A stretch of DNA of 64,000 nucleotides. Source: Candidatus Binatia bacterium (lineage in GTDB: Bacteria > Desulfobacterota > Binatia > UBA9968 > JAJDTQ01). The stretch spans positions 3,498,752 to 3,562,751 of the forward strand of contig OX638375.1 in NCBI GenBank assembly GCA_951813575.1. The letters are read 5' to 3'. The translations under genes and the position numbers were made by a program. Position 1 is the first letter of the stretch. Every line of letters starts with the position of its first letter. The notes under the pieces are model-generated. The model made no database searches, was not told where the DNA came from, and saw nothing but the letters and a program-made list of their open reading frames with translations. Positions 61,982 through 64,000 of the stretch are shown here, one piece after another.

Positions 61982-62812
61982 TCAGGAGGCCGGCGGCGCT
62001 CCGTTGACGATCTCGGCGATGGCTTGCTCGCCTTCCTCGCGGCTCGGGGCCTTGCCGTGCCACTCCCAGCGGTTCTCCATGAAGCTGACGCCCTTGCCCT
62101 TGACGGTCTGGCAGACGATCATGGTGGGGCCGTCGCGATGCTGCTCCGCGGCCTTCAGCGCGTCGAGGATGGCGGGGAAGTCGTGGCCGTCGATCTCCAG
62201 GGTGTTCCAGTTGAAGGCGCGCCACTTGTCCAGCAGCGGCTCCAGGCTCATGATGTCGTCCGTCACCCCGCTCAACTGGATGTGGTTGTAGTCCATGAGC
62301 ACGCAGAGGTTGTCGAGCTTGAACCGGGGCGCGGACATGGCCGCCTCCCAGATCTGTCCGGCCTGGCACTCGCCGTCGCTGATGACGCAGTAGGTGCGGT
62401 AGTCCTTGCCGCCGGCCTTTGCCGCCAGCGCCATCCCCACGGCCACCGACAGGCCCTGTCCGAGGGAGCCGGTGGAAGCTTCGACGTAGGGGAAGCGATG
62501 CCGGTCCGGGTGTCCCTGCATCCGGCTGTTGAGCTTGCGCAGGCTCAGCGTCTCCTCCCGCTCGAAGTAGCCGGCACGGGCCAGGGCGGCGTACACCGCC
62601 GGCACGCAGTGGCCCTTGGAGAGCACGAAACGGTCCCGGTCCGCCCAGTCCGGCTGGTCCGGACGGTGGCGCATCTGGTGGAAGTAGAGCGCCGTCACCA
62701 TGTCGGTGCACGACAGCGAGCCGCCCGGGTGGCCGGAGCCCGCCTCCACCAGCATGCGGATCACGTCGACTCTGATTTCCTTGGCTATGGCCTCGAGTTC
62801 CGGGATCGTCAT
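61982..62812 (-). CDS. Transketolase, N-terminal TPP-binding section (split transketolase A subunit)
   Basis: GHPGGSLS and GDGECQAG (TPP GDG motif). Confidence 0.85.
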   Translation of the reverse strand: MTIPELEAIAKEIRVDVIRMLVEAGSGHPGGSLSCTDMVTALYFHQMRHRPDQPDWADRDRFVLSKGHCVPAVYAALARAGYFEREETLSLRKLNSRMQGHPDRHRFPYVEASTGSLGQGLSVAVGMALAAKAGGKDYRTYCVISDGECQAGQIWEAAMSAPRFKLDNLCVLMDYNHIQLSGVTDDIMSLEPLLDKWRAFNWNTLEIDGHDFPAILDALKAAEQHRDGPTMIVCQTVKGKGVSFMENRWEWHGKAPSREEGEQAIAEIVNGAPPAS

Positions 62813-62815
62813 AGG

Positions 62816-63592
62816 TTACACCATGGTCTGCCCGCCGCAGATGTTGAGGGCCTGTCCGGTGATGCCGGACGCCTTGTCCGATGCCAGGTACACCGCGAAC
62901 CGGGCGATCTCCTCCGGGTCCAGGAACCGCCGGATCGGCACCGCGGCCAGCGCCTGCTGCTTGAAGGACTCCGGGTCCGTTCCCAGCCGCTCGGCGATCT
63001 GCTCGATGCCGTCGCGGGACATCTCCGTGTCCACCCAGCCGGGGCACAGGGCGTTGACGGTGATGCCGCGGGACGCCAGCTCCAGCGCCAGCGCCCGTGT
63101 GAAACCGATGAGCCCGTGCTTGCTGGCGCAGTAGGCGGCATAGCCGGGAACGCCGAACTTGCCCAGCACCGAGGACATGTTGATGATCCGGCCGTCGCCG
63201 TCATCGCTCATGATTCCCAGCACTTCCTTGGTCAGCAGGTAGACGCCGGTCAGGTTCGTGTCTACGATGGCATGCCACAGACCGTCGTCCGCGTCATCCA
63301 TTGGCGTCATCCCCGAGGCGCCCGCGTTGTTCACCAGGATGTGGACCCGCCCCCAGCGTTCCCGCACTCTGTTCACGCAGTCGCGGATGCCGGCCTTGTC
63401 AGTGACGTCTACCGCGGCCGGCAACACGGAATGGCCCTCCGTCCGCAACTCCTCGGCAACGGCCTCCAGCCTCGCCCCGTCGCGCGCGGCGATGACGACG
63501 CGGGCGCCTTCCTCCGCCATGGCCCGCGCCACGGCCTTGCCGATGCCGGTGCCGCCGCCCGTGACCAGCGCTACGCGTTCCGACAGTTCCAT
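62816..63592 (-). CDS. SDR-family oxidoreductase (3-oxoacyl-ACP reductase-like)
   Basis: TGGGTGIG Rossmann motif, NNAG, catalytic YxxxK (YCASKHG). Start at MELSERVALVTGG inside ORF 62816..63622. Confidence 0.8.
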   Translation of the reverse strand: MELSERVALVTGGGTGIGKAVARAMAEEGARVVIAARDGARLEAVAEELRTEGHSVLPAAVDVTDKAGIRDCVNRVRERWGRVHILVNNAGASGMTPMDDADDGLWHAIVDTNLTGVYLLTKEVLGIMSDDGDGRIINMSSVLGKFGVPGYAAYCASKHGLIGFTRALALELASRGITVNALCPGWVDTEMSRDGIEQIAERLGTDPESFKQQALAAVPIRRFLDPEEIARFAVYLASDKASGITGQALNICGGQTMV

Positions 63593-63635
63593 GCGGTGGG
63601 ACGGGCCGGCTGCTCGGTCCAACGAAACGGCAGCG

Positions 63636-64000
63636 TCAGGACCGCTTGCCGCCCAGCGCCCCCAGCAGCCGCGCGATGGGGTCGTAGAACCGCGTCACCA
63701 CGCGTTCTTTCAGGGGAATGATGGAATTGTCGGTGATCTTGATGTTCTCCGGACAGACTTCGGTGCAGCACTTGGTGATGTTGCAGAAGCCCAGCCCGGC
63801 CTCCTTGCGCAGGAACTCGAGCCGGTCGTCGGTGTCCAGCGGGTGCATCTCCAGGCTCGCCACCCGCACGAAGAAGCGCGGTCCGGCGAAGCTCGGCTTG
63901 TTGTCGTCGTGGTCCCGGATGACGTGGCAGACGTTCTGGCACAGGAAGCACTCGATGCACTTGTGGAATTCCTGTACCCGGTCGATGTCCTCCTGGTACA
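63636..64000 (-). CDS. Succinate dehydrogenase/fumarate reductase iron-sulfur subunit, C-terminal part; 5' end lies outside the window
   Basis: The reading frame is open to the window end. Cys clusters of the [4Fe-4S]/[3Fe-4S] region (CIECFLCQNVC ... GFCNITKCCTEVCP). Confidence 0.7.
   Translation of the reverse strand, partial: YQEDIDRVQEFHKCIECFLCQNVCHVIRDHDDNKPSFAGPRFFVRVASLEMHPLDTDDRLEFLRKEAGLGFCNITKCCTEVCPENIKITDNSIIPLKERVVTRFYDPIARLLGALGGKRS

Overview
This is a high-GC (about 68%) bacterial chromosomal window, densely coding on both strands, with many spurious alternative-frame ORFs in the six-frame track. The left end (1-8.5 kb) is metabolic: an ABC permease tail, a fused double family-III CoA-transferase, an enoyl-CoA hydratase, a 2-hydroxyacid dehydrogenase, an MR/MLE enolase-superfamily enzyme, a DUF985 cupin, a nitrilase-family hydrolase and a SixA-like phosphatase. 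From about 9.0 to 23.5 kb lies what looks like an accessory island. It holds a low-GC BrnT/BrnA toxin-antitoxin pair, a frameshifted cupin, a diverged duplicate of the dnaE2 3' end, the LexA-controlled mutagenesis cassette lexA-imuA-imuB-dnaE2, an Xre/RES toxin-antitoxin pair, a decayed diversity-generating retroelement (DGR) and an integrase N-terminal remnant next to a 500-bp AT-rich stretch. The DGR consists of an FGE/C-type-lectin-fold target gene whose 3' variable region carries the NNC codon signature of past adenine mutagenesis, an avd gene and a reverse transcriptase truncated after about 128 aa. No template repeat was found by eye. The rest of the window is mostly housekeeping. It carries a GldA/GldF-GldG-like ABC system with DUF4340, a cupin dioxygenase, amidohydrolase-2 genes, an MltD-like transglycosylase, the hem cluster (hemX-like, hemA, hemC, hemD, hemB), a UPF0175/DUF3368 toxin-antitoxin pair, cytochrome c', a PAC2-family protein and a family-B DNA polymerase-like protein with a degenerate motif C. 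It also carries a PuuD-like membrane protein, glutathione reductase, a decarboxylase cluster (split TPP decarboxylase, amidohydrolase-2, UbiD), tandem Zn-ADH paralogs, ispE-spoVG-tRNA-Gln-prs-rplY-pth-hppA-rpsF-rpsR-yybS-rplI, a split transketolase, an SDR and a partial sdhB/frdB. Several structured intergenic repeats are present: nested inverted-repeat elements and REP-like hairpins that keep their stem through compensatory changes.
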